A DNA stretch of 63,863 bases, the filler included, from Atractiella rhizophila (lineage: Eukaryota), in the NCBI GenBank assembly GCA_021432655.1. It is 3 parts of 2 records of this genome, joined end to end, with 100 filler letters (N's around TTAATTAATTAA, not from the genome) between each part and the next. Parts side by side here need not be neighbours in the genome. Positions count along the whole stretch, not along the records: positions 1 to 31,218 come from MU271342.1; 2 more parts are not named here. The stretch is one strand, 5' to 3'. Positions 1-13,067 of this stretch are shown one piece after another. The stretch's first letter is position 1. Each line of letters starts with the position of its first letter. Position numbers and translations under genes: made by a program. The notes under the pieces were generated by a model that saw nothing but the letters and a program-made list of their open reading frames with translations, did not search any database and had not been told where the DNA came from.

Positions 1-156
1 AAAAGTCGCAAAGGCTCTTAACGCTTGTTACGTATCGGGGCTGCGTTCACTTGCTTCGTCTTCCTCTTCTCGAACGCAACTAATGCCAGTACTGTTGAAA
101 TGGATATTGTTTCAACAAAGTCAAATGCGCGGAATTGTGTCTACATCTGCAATATC

Positions 157-663
157 CTACTTCTTCCACCTGTACAAGATGAGCTCCAAATCACCTCCGT
201 CCTCATCAATACCGGGGACGTATTCTCTTTCTGACTCAACGAATCCTGTATTCTCCATCAATTTCCTGCTTCTCGCGTTCTTCCCGAGGACAACTGCCAA
301 CGCATTCTCCCTCAGCTCCTTCGGCAAGGCAATCATGAACGATTTCACAGCTTCGGAGGCGTATCCCTTCCCCCAGGCTGAGCTTTTAAAGTTGTAAGAG
401 AGGTTGTATGGGCGAAAAATGTCGTATGTAGGGTGGTAAAGGAGATTGTAGCAAATCATCCCGATTTGTTCTTCCTGGGCTGCAGATCCCTTGGGAAGGT
501 AGACGGCGTAATAGATGCTCAGAGGCTCGGAGTATGGCAGCTTTGCTTTGACCTCGTCGGGAAGACTTTGGAGAACTTCAGCGGGAGGAGTCAAGATCTT
601 GCTCAGCTTCAATTGGCTAGCTTCAAGAGTGGGAGAGGTTCCGTCAATCCTGCTCAGTTGCAT
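157..663 (-). CDS. GNAT-family (RimJ/RimL-like) N-acetyltransferase
   Basis: Intronless ORF from ATG 663 (MQLSRIDG...). Acetyl-CoA-binding motif A 'SAWGKGYASEAV' and motif B 'NARSRKLMENTGF'. Confidence 0.8.
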   Translation of the reverse strand: MQLSRIDGTSPTLEASQLKLSKILTPPAEVLQSLPDEVKAKLPYSEPLSIYYAVYLPKGSAAQEEQIGMICYNLLYHPTYDIFRPYNLSYNFKSSAWGKGYASEAVKSFMIALPKELRENALAVVLGKNARSRKLMENTGFVESEREYVPGIDEDGGDLELILYRWKK

Positions 664-1074
664 TTTATGGGTGATGGTTCTCACTTCGGGGAAACACTTA
701 CATCCACTTCCCCACCAGTGGATCAGACCAGATTGCATGACACCCGGCAAGGTCCACCATTGTCATCGGGCGTAGAACGAGCCGAGGGGTGTTCACTATT
801 TGATCCATCTCGAAAGGAATATTGTGAGGAGGTTTAGCGTTAGACTCGCCCCTTTATATCTCTTCTGACCAGCACACGTTGTGGAAGCAAAGAGGAGAGT
901 CGCACGATCATGTCGCGTGCCATCCTGGTGGAAGGCTTGAACAAATGAGTCACCTGGTTAGGCAAGAGGGGATGCGCAATGTGTGCCGTGACAAAATGAA
1001 CACATGCATTAAAGAGATCGTAGTTAATACTACCCATATATACACGAGGAATTTGACCCACTCTTGCGGCTTTC

Positions 1075-3440
1075 TCAGGCATCAATCTGGCGAGCGTGAC
1101 CAAACGTTCGCTGCCACTCGCTATCGAGGCTGAAATAAGCCCATCCTAGAGAACATAGCACTCCTCTCATAACCTCCCTTTCCCTTTCCGCGCACCTAGT
1201 CATCTCTTGCGAAAGGAACGGGTGACCTTTGACAACTGCATATACATGGCCTAGGACTGTAAGGCGGGATAAGTAAGACTCTTCGTTGTCCTTGAGGTCC
1301 CAAAGGTTAGGCCAGCGATCCAAACACAAACACGCAGAAGACGTCAAAAGACTCACATAAAGATGCTCCTCTAACTTCCGGATCGTGAAATTCAAGCATT
1401 CTCTGGACTTCTGCTCCAACGATGGAGACACGGCCTGAATACCAAAGGCGAGAGCTGCCTTATGCGCCACGAAAACGATGCGGGGTATCTCGCATTCAAG
1501 TTGGGCGAGGCAGGAGGAGAATTCTCTCGCAATATAACGTCCGAATGCCTCGCGGTACGTTTGGAGTTCTTTCTCTACCTTATTGATACGCAGGAGCAGT
1601 TGTTCGAGCAGCTGGGGGATTGCGGATCCTGGTAGACGGCGAAGAGCTGGAGCGGCGTCAGATGGGTATGGTGAATTACAGACTACATACGGAAGACGAA
1701 ATTGTTCATCAGGTAGCGTTGCAAAGTTGCAATTCGAATAACCTATATCACTCTTCAGCGCCTTCTTCTGGGACGGATAATTCCCGACACTCACAATGAT
1801 GTTGTAAATCTCACTCTCATTCGGCATGGTAAAGACGAATGGAGGGGCATCAATGTCGATGTCCAAAAACCGCTCCACTCCATACTGAGAATGTTTGAAA
1901 ATGACTTCTATCATTCCTGATGTCCTAAACGACACATTGAGGCCATGTCTTTGATACGGAACAAGAAAACCTACAAAGCAGGTCTATCCCCAACTTGCAT
2001 CGCAGTCATCGCATCTCGACCAAAGATCATCGGCCCAATGCGTCGATGCATGACGGACCGTACTTCTTGAGGAGTAGCAGGGTCGGTCTGCATTTTCAAG
2101 GCCATTAGGCTTCATCTAATTGATGGGGAGGAGAGTACCATCAATTGCCTGAAATGTCCAATGGTGCTGAGCACATAAGCTCTCCGTTCGTATGCTGTTT
2201 CCTCAGCATGATCCAGTCCTAAATTGATATTTTGGTATTGAGTTGCTCGCACCAAGCACGGAAATAAGATAACAGACCACAATCCAAGGTGCCCTCCAAC
2301 ATAAGAGCGGCAATGACGCTCTCTAGAGCATTACTTCGCATCAAACCGCCTTTGTCATAAATTTCCACTGCCTTCATTGTCAAGTCCCGACATGCTGATG
2401 CTCGCATCGTGCCGTAGCTGCATGACGAGGAATCGGCCCAAACCTCAGGTAAAGATCGTGACGAAGGAACGCCGAGAATCGCCTTCATATTCTTCAGCCC
2501 CCGATTTTTGCGTGCTGGAGAAAGATAAACACTCACAGGGTGAGACGTTCCACGAGCTCCGATGAGTAGGAGGGCCGTGTACATGACCTGATGATTAGAA
2601 AATCAATTTAGCCCACAAAGAAACATTTTGGAGGCTCTGAAACAAAAAGGATTAAAGAGACCCGTACAACTTCAGCTTCGCTCCTTCTCCCACCTTCCCA
2701 ATCCCCAAAATCCATCCAAAACTTCTCGCTCGCTGGGAGGGAGAACTGTTCCTTACCACCCATCAGGACGACTCGGCATGTGTCTGCGGGGATGCGCACG
2801 CGCGAGACCTCGGCTTGGACTATGATAATTTCATCATGAACAAACATTTCAGTCTCCAAACTGCAAGAGAAAGAGATAATGTTTTGTGAACAAGCAGGCA
2901 GACGAACCGGACATCAGTTCCCTCCGAACCTCCCGGTTCGAATGGAAGAGCATGAGCTCCCTCTCTCCTCTCTTATACGGCTCCGTCCACAACACCATCT
3001 GGGATTCGCTCTCGGAGCTGCCGCTTCCACCAGAATTTGTGGGAGATGTGGCAGAGCCAAATAATAATCTATTTGAATCAAATCAACCTGATACCCTTAT
3101 GAAGAAAAGCGGGAAGGACATACCGAGCTCCCTCGATGCGTCGTCCGCTCTTTCGACGGCGGTATTTCATTTTCTCTCCTTCCTTGGGATAGGAGCACGT
3201 CACTCCCTTATCTGAACACCTGTCGCACACTTCTCCCACGCCATTGTTGCTACCGCTCGACCTGTTGTTGCTGTTGCTACATTTGATCCTCGCTTCGCTG
3301 CACGGGATACATGAGGGCGCCTTCTTTCTAGAACTTGCTGTTATATTAGATACTTTGCAGCTCGTTGCTTTTGAGGATTTCGAGGAATTAGCGCTGCTCC
3401 CGGTCGTTGAGCTGTTGGAGGATGCAGTAGTTGGTGCCAT
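1075..3440 (-). CDS. Zn(II)2Cys6 fungal transcription factor (multi-exon)
   Basis: First exon has CIPC-x6-C-x17-CDRC-x6-C followed by basic 'KYRRRKSGRR'. Downstream minus-strand ORFs (2608-2859, 2219-2584, 1075-1935) are separated by short GT-AG introns. Joining all of them into one gene is inferred. Confidence 0.8.
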
Positions 3441-4791
3441 CTGTTCTGAGCGGTCGGAAATCCGGTTGGATTGTATTTGATTGGATTGGACAACGATAAT
3501 TGTGGATGATAATAGAAAAGGAGGTGAGGGAGGAGACGATGAGCGGGTGTGACGCTTTTATGAGGAAGAGACGAGGATCGGTGTGTCCCAGTAAGTTCCA
3601 CAAATCTAGTTCCGGATCGTTCAAGTCTTCGGATCGTTGCCTTCGGTTCAAATTGCGCTCACAAACTTGAGGTTCACTGCCACATCCCAGACGGTTTCAA
3701 GGAGGGTTACATTTCACATTCAGCCGAACAAGAGAGATAGAGAGGTCGGTAGAATTGCTGACTGTTCTTCCCTACTCCCGAAGCGAGCACGAGTAGCAAA
3801 GACAGGGGAGATAGTGGAGCTGCTGACACCAGAATGCGTTTGTGCTTGTCCGATTACGCGAGGCTTGTATCCCGTTCACTTCCTGACTTCTGGTTTACTG
3901 TAACGCGTCTGTGTAACGTCTGTTCTTCGCGTTCTGCTCATTAGATTGCCACAACACAGAGCTTTAGCTTGTGAAGAACATGTTATGTCATGACTAACTT
4001 CGCCTTCCTTTGTGCTCTATTACAGACTATTTTGGGTGATGACGTACGGCAGGGATGCCAGATTCAATTGCAGAACGTCGCTCTCCCTCCCTGCATTCAT
4101 CACTGTGCTCCTCCTCCTCCCAAGATTCAGATCTACCCATAATAACCGTAACCCGTCAGACTAACAACGTAATGTCAGTGGGTTTGCCGAAGACAAAGGA
4201 CAAGGAACACGGGATCGGTGAGTGGTGTACGGGATCGACTCAAAGTATGTAGTGGAGCTCGAGCTCGCTCCCAAAGTGGAAGCAGGAGCGGTACGGAAGT
4301 GTTCCGATGACGAGGAGTAGCGATGATGTGAGGACGCGGAGGGACAAAGAAATGAGCCATTGCCATGTGGGAACCCGTGGCTTTCAGGGGAACTTGGCGA
4401 ATCTGAAACGGTTGAGACATATCCATGCTTGCTGGATTCGTTTTTCGAAAGTTTCTACATACTGAGAGGCTGGAGTGAGATCCACGGAGCACCTGATCTT
4501 CAGAGCAGTCGAAAAAGATATTGGCAGGTTTCATCGGTGGAGTCCCTGGTCTGTCGAGAGACTTTCTTTCTTCAATCATCTCGACACGCCATGACTTCTG
4601 CAGAAATATTAAACGACATAGGAGCAAATGGCTCTGTTATGCATTGATCTTGACCCAATTTTCGAAGTACTTTAGGAATCAGAAATGTATAAATTTAAGG
4701 CTTGTTCAGTAGTTCACTATCCGCTGTCCAGCAGCTACAACAAGGTTCATCGTCACTGTATCATGAACAGAATGAGCTTATTTTCAAGCCA

Positions 4792-6286
4792 TTAAGACAG
4801 AAAAGGGGAAAGTAAAGAGAAAGATGGCGAAGCTAACGCAACTGGCTCTACGCCCACTCCAGGTGTAGACTTGCGAGCCTTGGATGAAGAAGCAGAGTTA
4901 CTTCCTTTCGCGTCGAGCTGTAGGCGACAAAGCTCAATCAATGTTTCTTGCTCGTCGTGAGCGTGACATTTGCCCTTGGCGAAATGTTGTCTAGTAGTAT
5001 AGTCAGATACCTTGACCAGATGGGGAGCAAGAGAAAGACGAACCTCGCTTTGACAGGCCGTATAAATGGATCGCCATCAAGCAATGGCGGATTCTTCGGG
5101 TCATTCGTCGTGAATTCCTCTGAGAAGAACTTGAAAGACGGATTTTGACAGTTGCCTGTTTGGTGGTCAGCTGCAAAGAAAGCGAATTGAGGATGATCTG
5201 ACCAAAGTGTAACAGTTGTCCTTTGAACCAGTCTGCTTCTCCTATGAAAACATTTTTGCGGAGATGACAGAATCGTACCTTGACCATCACGATCCGAAGG
5301 AAGGACGACCTTGCCACCAAGTCGAACTTCCACATATGTCTCCTTATCAAAAACGAGTTTCGTCCATCTTCGTATCATTTCCTTAGTCTTTGTGTTGTAA
5401 AAAAGTTCTGAAGCGAAATGAGGAACCCTCCTCTCGACCCGTTTCTTCTGATGATCCCAGTAACAGATAAAGTCATCTGCCATTGCGTAGATTGAGATGA
5501 TTTCCCCTTTTCGCGAAGCCTTGATTGAGTTTAGTGGTTGCGAAGCAGCTTCAGAGCCGGCGAGAAGCGCACCTCGCGCTGTGATTTGCGTGGAAATGTT
5601 GTTGGTTAGTAGGGCTGAAGCGACATTTTCTGGCCCAAGTGGAGGCCAATCCAATACTTTTGGGAACAAACTTCTCATATCGTCAATATAATCAAAATTT
5701 AGCTCTTGGCTTGCAGGAGCAGCTTCCGCGTTGTCGACGGCTGAAGGATCTATCCTATGAGCGTTATGGAGGAAAAGCGCGGCAGAATTAGTCTGTGGCT
5801 CTGTGGCAGCATTGTTTATTCGGCTAGCTGCTGAAAAATGGTGTCGACGGCCGTTGAAGGAGTGGGGTGTAGATAGCCTTAGTGGTGGTGGTATATAGGA
5901 AGGGTCACAGGCATGTGAGTCCCTTTTCGCAGGATGGCGGTTAAAGCACACTGCTGAATAAGAATTTTGGTAATAGCCATTGGAAGGCAAAGTCTTCTTC
6001 TCCTGACAGAACTGCGGGCAGCTCGAGTTAGTCCTTCTTTCGCACTGGGACAAGGAAGTGGCAAATTCACATATTCCACTAATCCCCAGGTGTCGGCCCG
6101 CCATGGATCCTCCTTTTTGATCTCTGCATCCTGTTGATTGGAGTCGGTTGTCCCCAATTCTTCTCTGGCGATAACGGCGAGCTCAGAAAAACGTTGACCC
6201 AAAAGGGACAAATCATTCTTCGTCAATGGAGAGGACGGCTTTGATGGTCTGTCATCGTCAGTCGAATATCTCTTTTTTGGTTGCAT
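4792..6286 (-). CDS. Uncharacterised protein, paralogue A (conserved C-terminal domain shared with 10263-11833)
   Basis: Long ORF 4938-6104 plus spliced exons: CYWDHQ...LVFDKETYVEVRLGG...DGQ | DWFKGQLL | GNCQNP...NPPLLDGDPFIRP | RQHFAKGKCHAH...LCRLQLDA. 5' exon structure uncertain. Confidence 0.7.
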
Positions 6287-6896
6287 AATGGAACACAAGG
6301 GGAGCCAACATTGGACCGATTGGGGCTTAAAGCAATGCACGCGCACACGCGTACACGGCTGGGTTCTTCTGGTGCTCGGAGTACCGCACGAGCTTTGAGT
6401 GCTTCAACTGAAATCTATGATGCATAGGTGATGAAGCTGAAGTTGAAGCAGAATAAACTATGGAATGGAGAGTCTGCGTGGTCATATGCATCACACCTTA
6501 TGTCCTCATTTCTTGAACACGGTTCAAGCATTTTCATTTCCTCTTCAAACTCAGTTGATCAAGCTTTATATCATGGATACAGAAAGACGTGGATACAGAA
6601 AGACACAGGAGTATATCACATCAGCTGCGTTCCACAACTATGGTAAGCTTTGTGCTTTGACTCACAACTCGCTGCGAGCGAGATACAGTTTGTTTGTTTA
6701 CCTCAGTCTCAGCTTGTTTATGCGTTAATGGATGTAATACCTAATACCCTTTGTGTCAAAAAATCATTGAAAAACAACTTTCCTTCTTCTACCCTCTCCA
6801 TCTCTTCTCAAACTGAAGTTTTAAGCGAACTAAGAAGCAAAAAGAGGGCACAGATCAGATTGTCCGCCCAGTGCACCTCTCAAACTTGCGATCGAG

Positions 6897-8475
6897 ATGA
6901 GCGTCCGTCTTCTCTTGCTGCTCGTTGAACAGTCACTGCTGAAAACATATGATACAGCTAGCATTCGCCTTCCTCCTCCAACTCTACCAAAAGCTCGACC
7001 GTCGTCTCACCCAAACGGAAAACTCCCATCGAACGCTGCTCTCGCGTCTGCAACAGTTAGAAAAGAGAGTAGGCAGCACGAAATGGGAGAAAGAGAGGCA
7101 AGCGCAGGTTCGACGGATCGAGCAGGACCTCGAGAGGGTGGGACGGTGGTGCGAGATCCATCTGGGAAGATTAGGTGAGGTGAAGGAAACTGCGACTGTG
7201 GACACAGTCGATCGGGGTTACGGAGGACGCGGTGGAGGGATGGATTTGGAAAGCAAAGGAGCTGGAATGGTTGCGGATCACGCACTGGCGCAATCTGCCT
7301 CTGCCTACTCCAACGCTCAGCATGCCGCCTATCCACCTTCCACACCAAATGCCCCCGTCCTCTCCAAACCTCCAAAGCGCGTCGTGGTGTCTAAGAGAAC
7401 AAAGGAAGCGTTGAAGAGGCGGCCGACGAACGGACAGGATCATCAAGCCAATGCGTTCTCCTCTTCTTCCGACGACTTCGAGCACTCTCCCTTCACCAAT
7501 AACAATGCCAATTCCAATGGAAGGGTCGGATTTGACCCGATGGCACCTCCTCCGTCTTCGTACAGCTCCAAGAGGAGAGATAGACATCCTCCTCCCAATG
7601 TCGACGTCGATCCTGCAGCGATATCGAACAGCAACCTTGCGAGTCGGTTCTCCGATACAACGATGGCCTCTTCCTTCATCTCTTCCCAACACAATACACC
7701 CGCAAAAGCCAAGGCGGACGGTTTCAGGCACCAACAGGGACGAACGAAGCACAGCTCCCCCCTTCCCCCTGATTTCCCAAGCCAGTCCAAGTTCTCCTCC
7801 GCCACATCTTCCTGGGTCGACATCAACGCCAACTCCGTCGCCTTCCCTCGGGTCAGTGCCGAAGATCTGCGGATTCATGAACCTGAGCATGGATATGAAG
7901 GCGAAGCCGAAGTGCTCTTCGATCCTGATTATACCCCAACGCCGACTCCGAAAGCAAAACTCTTCTCTGAGCCCGAGTCCATCGAACCAACGAACCATAC
8001 GAGGGGTCCTGTGAGAAATGGGAACGTCGGTCCGTCACCTGAACCGTTCAGTTCGTGGTATCGAGATGGGCCAATCCGACCAGAAGGCGTGAATACCGAC
8101 GCAGAGGCGGTGGAGCAGACGAATGCGCCATCAGTGAATGGAGCGGGAATGAATCGACAGGACCCAATGCGTTCCTTTGACCTTGCTCGAACCCAAACTC
8201 GAACGCGAATGCAGGGAAAGAGGTTCGGTTCCCTCTCTTCAGTTGTGAGTGCTTTCCGAATTCGCAAAACGAGCTTCCCGACCGTTCGACGGACGAATAC
8301 GTTGGATGTGTCGAGGCCAGAGGAGGAGGTGAAGGAGAGGGAGAAGGAAGGGAACTTGAAGAAGACTTTCACCATACCACTGTGGGGTTTGGATGGCCCG
8401 AGGAGGAGAAAGAAGAGCTCGTTGGGTGAAAGTGTCAAGGTGGTGCAGGAAACACAGCGGTTTTCGAGGGTCTGA
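6897..8475 (+). CDS. Uncharacterised protein with N-terminal coiled coil and long S/P-rich disordered region
   Basis: 508-codon ORF. Likely start is ATG-AGC at 6897 followed by a GTCCGT...TACAG intron splicing in frame to LAFAFLLQLYQKLDRRL (heptad-like). Confidence 0.65.
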
Positions 8476-8857
8476 TAGATCGTTGTAACGAATGCGATGC
8501 CATAGACATGTAGCATATGTACTATTGACGGATATACCAATACCATACCATATAATACTGGATATGACATCCTAACGATTGAAACCAATCCTGATATCCT
8601 GTGTGAATTCTCCCACGGAGGTTGCCATTAGAGGCGATGAAACACATCCCAAACGCTGCGGCATTACTTGACATTATTTGCTGAAACATTGTGAAACTGA
8701 TTTTAATGCTGAAACGGGAAGACACATTGAAACGAGACATGTGAAGGATTGACCCCGCCTCCCAACCAGCATACAAAAGGGCATTCTCTTCGACCATCTC
8801 CCTCATTCTCTTTTTCTTTCTCTCTTCCCCTCACACAACATCGAATCAGCCGCCAAA

Positions 8858-9639
8858 ATGATGCTCACATTCCTTAAATTCTTCACCCTCCTTTCCATCT
8901 TCTCCCTCTCCACCGTCCACGGCGCGACCTCCCTCAACGCGTTCGCCAAACGCACACTCGCAAGACACAACTTCTACCGCGAACAGTACGGCGCTGAGCC
9001 TCTCAAATGGTCCCCTGCTCTCGCTAAGACGGCCAAGAAGTGGGCTGAACGTTGCGTGTTCCAGCATGGCGGGGGAGTCGCTGGTGGATATGGCGAGAAC
9101 ATCGCTGCTGGTTATACAGACGTGAAGGCTGTCGTTGACGATTGGGTCAATGGAATTAATGAGAGCGGATCGTACAATCCCAGTAACCCCACCGCTAGTC
9201 ACTTCACTCAGGTTAGCTATGTTCCCTTTATTGTCGACTGGGAATGGAATGGATGGATTAATGTAGAGCTGACGATGCGTGTGATGTTATTGCAATGGAT
9301 AGGTCGTTTGGAAGAACACGAAGAAGGTCGGATGCGCTAAGGTCCATTGCGACTCTCTCGCCGTCTTTGATGGTTCCCCTGGTCAGTTTTCTCCCATTTA
9401 TTTGCAAACGTGCTGAGGAATACTGGATGGGATAGGTAACCTTTACGTCTGTGAATACGACCCTCCAGTATGTATTCTTCATTCTCCAACATTACAGACA
9501 TGTCCACTGACAAGCATTCTGAAGGGAAACGTTTTCCCTGCCGATAACTTCAAGTAAGCTTTTCCCTTATCCTCCAACACCATTATGTCCTGTTGACGTC
9601 GATTGCGAAAGGAAAAACGTTGGGACGAAGGAAAATTAG
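8858..9639 (+). CDS. Secreted CAP/SCP/PR-1 family protein
   Basis: Signal peptide; HNFYR...LKWSPALA...YGENIA...HFTQ|VVWKNTKKVGCA...LYVCEYDPP|GNV motifs across four short introns; stop at 9637-9639. Confidence 0.93.
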
Positions 9640-10262
9640 GATGTGAATCAACCCACCACAACACTCGTTTTGATAACAACACGAAGAAGACCTCTTCGCC
9701 ACATTCGTTTTGATAACGCAAGCAACATCAATTCTTTCAAGCTCTGCGTAGCATCTGTATCCAGGAGCCAATGCTCTGTCTTGAACAATCTGAAATTCAA
9801 ATGTTCATCATCATAGCTTTATCGATATAACCTTTCACAGCAAGACTCCTTTGAAGGTCAGGGTAGCTTCATTATTTGATATCGGTAAGCATGATGCATA
9901 TATCATTTCTAATGAACGGTATGTTCATCGCATGTTACACTGGTTACACAGAGAATGTTAGATGGGGTACTTAAAGTTATACAAAGTGGAAGGAGGAGGT
10001 AACTCCTTCACCAGGAATCCAAAAGCACTAAAAGGTAACGCTCGTCTAAACCCAGTACAAGTACAAATTATAGGCAGGAAAGCAGTTCCAAATGCTTGAG
10101 CACTATGCATTAGATGTCCTCAAGTGGATAAAACGGCTGATGTGAGACTGATAGATGAGAGAAAGGCGAAGTGCAACAAAGTTGACCGTCGATGATGAAG
10201 TAAACAAACTAATGTCACCAGAAGCAAATCAAATAGGCACTGAAGAATGGGAATGGAAAGAA

Positions 10263-11833
10263 TCAGTATCCCTAGCCACACCAAGTCGACGAGGAAGCTC
10301 CAACTTGGGCAAGCAAAGCTGGAGGCGGCTGGACTCTCCTCGCCCTCTGTAAACAGGTCAGCTCACCATTAGGCAGAGAAAAGGAGGACAAACATGATGG
10401 CTCCTGATAGGCCTCAACTCCACAGAGGTTGTATCATGATCCTGTCCCTTTGATCAGCCCTCTGCATCATGTAAGTAGAAAGGGTATAGCGCACAGCGGC
10501 GTGGGCAGCGTCGAGCTGGAGACGACAAAGCTTGACAAGACTTTCGTGAGAATGATGAGAAGGGCACCTGCCCGAAGCCAAATGTTGCCTGTTCAAACGA
10601 CACATCAGCACCTATCCACTAGAAAATGGTGCTACGAACCTGCAGTTCCTAGGGCGAGTAAAAGGGTCACCGGTCAGTAACGGAGGATTATTCACATTGT
10701 CGGTCGTAAATGCAGGATCAAAGAATTTGAATCGAGGATTTTGACAGTTGCCTATTCATCCCTGATCAGCTCCGGTCAAGAAAAAATATTGCAAGAACCT
10801 TACCAATTTGCAAAAGTTGCCCCTTGAACCACTCTGCACTCATATGATCATATGAGCACCTCAAGAAGTGGGGAAAGAGACACGACGAACCTTGGCCATC
10901 GTGATCCCAGGGATAAACCACCCTACCGCCAACCCTAACCTCGACGTACGTCTCTTTATCAAACACTAGAATCGAATATTTTTTCTTCGGCTCATTCGTC
11001 CTGGGATCAAGAAACGTCTCTTCCGTCGATTTGGCCGTTGCCTCTACCTTTCGATTTTGATGATCCCAATAGCAAACAAGATCGTGGAGCAGACGAAAGA
11101 TAGACAGTAATCCACCTTTGGGCGACACTTTGATGAATTTAAGTGGACTGCAATCAATGTTGAGTCCCAAGTCCATATCTGGTTCTCCAAAAACAAGAGG
11201 GAACATTCCTTGATCGATGGAAGGGATGGGATCATTAGGAGGCAGATCGTCCTGCGTAGGAGAGCGTTTAACAACAATATTAGTTCCTGGTTCCATCTGA
11301 GGCTTCGGTGTCTGCGATTCGAAGAACGCTGAAAAGGGATTCGAGGAAGAGACATCCACAGATGAGCCAACAAATTGGTCCGTCAAGCGATGCTGCACGT
11401 TCTTCTCGTCCACCATGTTTTGGATTTGATGGGTAAGCGTTCCGTAATCGAAGCTGGTGGGAACTGAGGAGGAAATTTGAACTGCAGGAGGAGATTCAGA
11501 GGGAGGTTGGTTGAAAGTTGCGAGGAATGAGAAGACGTTGTCATTGAACAGTAGGTTCCTCAACATTTGAGTCGGGATCCTCCCCATCTCCCCTTCGTCG
11601 TTGACGAAGGTCAGGTGCTGATTATCCAGCATCCATTTGGTCGACCTGGAGATCGTGACTGGGCTGCTGGATGTTGTGGAGGTGCCGACTACTGAAGTCG
11701 CACGAGTGGACTGAGGACGAGAAGCGGCATGGTAAGGATGGAACCTGTTGCTTGAGTTCGGGGATGCAGAGGTAGCAGCCTCGAGGGAACGGGTTTGAGA
11801 GACGCTTCCTAAACGGTGCGCTTCAGGTGCCAT
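10263..11833 (-). CDS. Uncharacterised protein, paralogue B of 4792-6286 (may extend 5' to about 12520)
   Basis: CYWDHQ...LVFDKETYVEVRVGG...DGQ | EWFKGQLL | GNCQNP...NPPLLTGDPFTRP | RQHLASGRCPSH...LCRLQLDA, with the same intron positions as paralogue A. Both ends approximate. Confidence 0.7.
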
Positions 11834-13067
11834 GTCGAGAGGTGCCTCGAGGAGGTTGTCGTTCGTTCTTCAAGTAAGTGGGAACTCGTTGATCTCGTTT
11901 TACTCGTCTTTGTCGAGCCTCGAACCGTATCTGTAACCTTCCAATTCAATCCGCTTCGCCTGTTCTTGCCGACGCTGTGGTTTTGCCTACAATCCTCAGC
12001 TCAGTTCTCTGATGGAAACTTGAGACAGATTGCACACTTGACAAGGCAATCACTCCCTCAAACAATCAAGGCGAGAGATGTCTGGTTCGACGTTCATATT
12101 CCGACCTGGAGCAAAAGTAGTAATCGTCTCCCTGAGAAGACGACTTTCCAGGTGCTTCAAGTTGGTAGGTTGAGCGGTGAAGGAGAATAGAAAAAGGATG
12201 TAACCGCAAAATGTACAAGGCTTATGAGTTATGAGAGGAGGAGGGAACAGTTTGTAAGCTGAAGGGGGTTTTATAGCTTCTCGTTTAACTCGTTCGTCTC
12301 GTCCTCCTCAAGAGGCAATATTGACAAATAAGGACAAACAAGTCTTTCAATTGGTGTGTACGTAAATAGGCTTTTCTTCACGTTCCCTGCTCCATGATTG
12401 AAACGAACCAAGATAATCCCCAAGCTGTGCAGGAACTGGAACGAGTTTGCCTCTGAGCGGCAGCCTGAGTTGATTTCGCTGGCGATGTGGGTGAGAGGGC
12501 AGCTGACGGGATCCATTATCATTATCCTTGGAATAACACGGCGACCTGACACGTTCAACCCAAAATCCGCTAGGATTAAACATGCTCAAGGCTCTGGGTT
12601 GAAGGTGACGGAATGGATTTCGGGAGGATGAGTGGGCTAGCAGAGAGGAGGCTTGCCGCAGTGAGAACCTCTGACCTCTTCCGGCCGTGACGTCCCAAGG
12701 TCCAGCTTCTTTGGAAAGACTTTGACGCCGATAATGGTTTGCCGTGCCTTTCAAGGCTTATCGTGCAAGCTTATCATGCAAGCTTATCTTTATGTTGAAT
12801 CGTTGTCTCGTGGTGGAAGGGGAGAAGGGGAAGACAAGCTCAGCAACTTGGAGCGAACAGCAGCCGTATTTTCGACGGCTACCATGGTTGCCGTTCCTCA
12901 ACTGCACACAGGATCTTCAGCATCAGAAAACCTCGGGATGCCCCTCGTCGCAGCAGCCAAAACACACCCACGAACGAGGACAAGTACGAGAGGCGGGAAG
13001 ACTTGCGCGTCACAGCGCAGCAGGTGGAACGTTGTTCGAAGTACAACGATTCAGAAGGACTCAATGC

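Noticed and set aside
157..3440. Zn2Cys6 factor plus GNAT as a secondary-metabolite cluster
   Set aside because: No backbone synthase, transporter or tailoring enzymes nearby within the window.
7007..8588. Long antisense and alternative-frame ORFs over the 508-aa gene (likewise over G-beta, C2H2 and PH genes)
   Set aside because: Shadow ORFs expected opposite coding DNA of this composition; no independent motifs.
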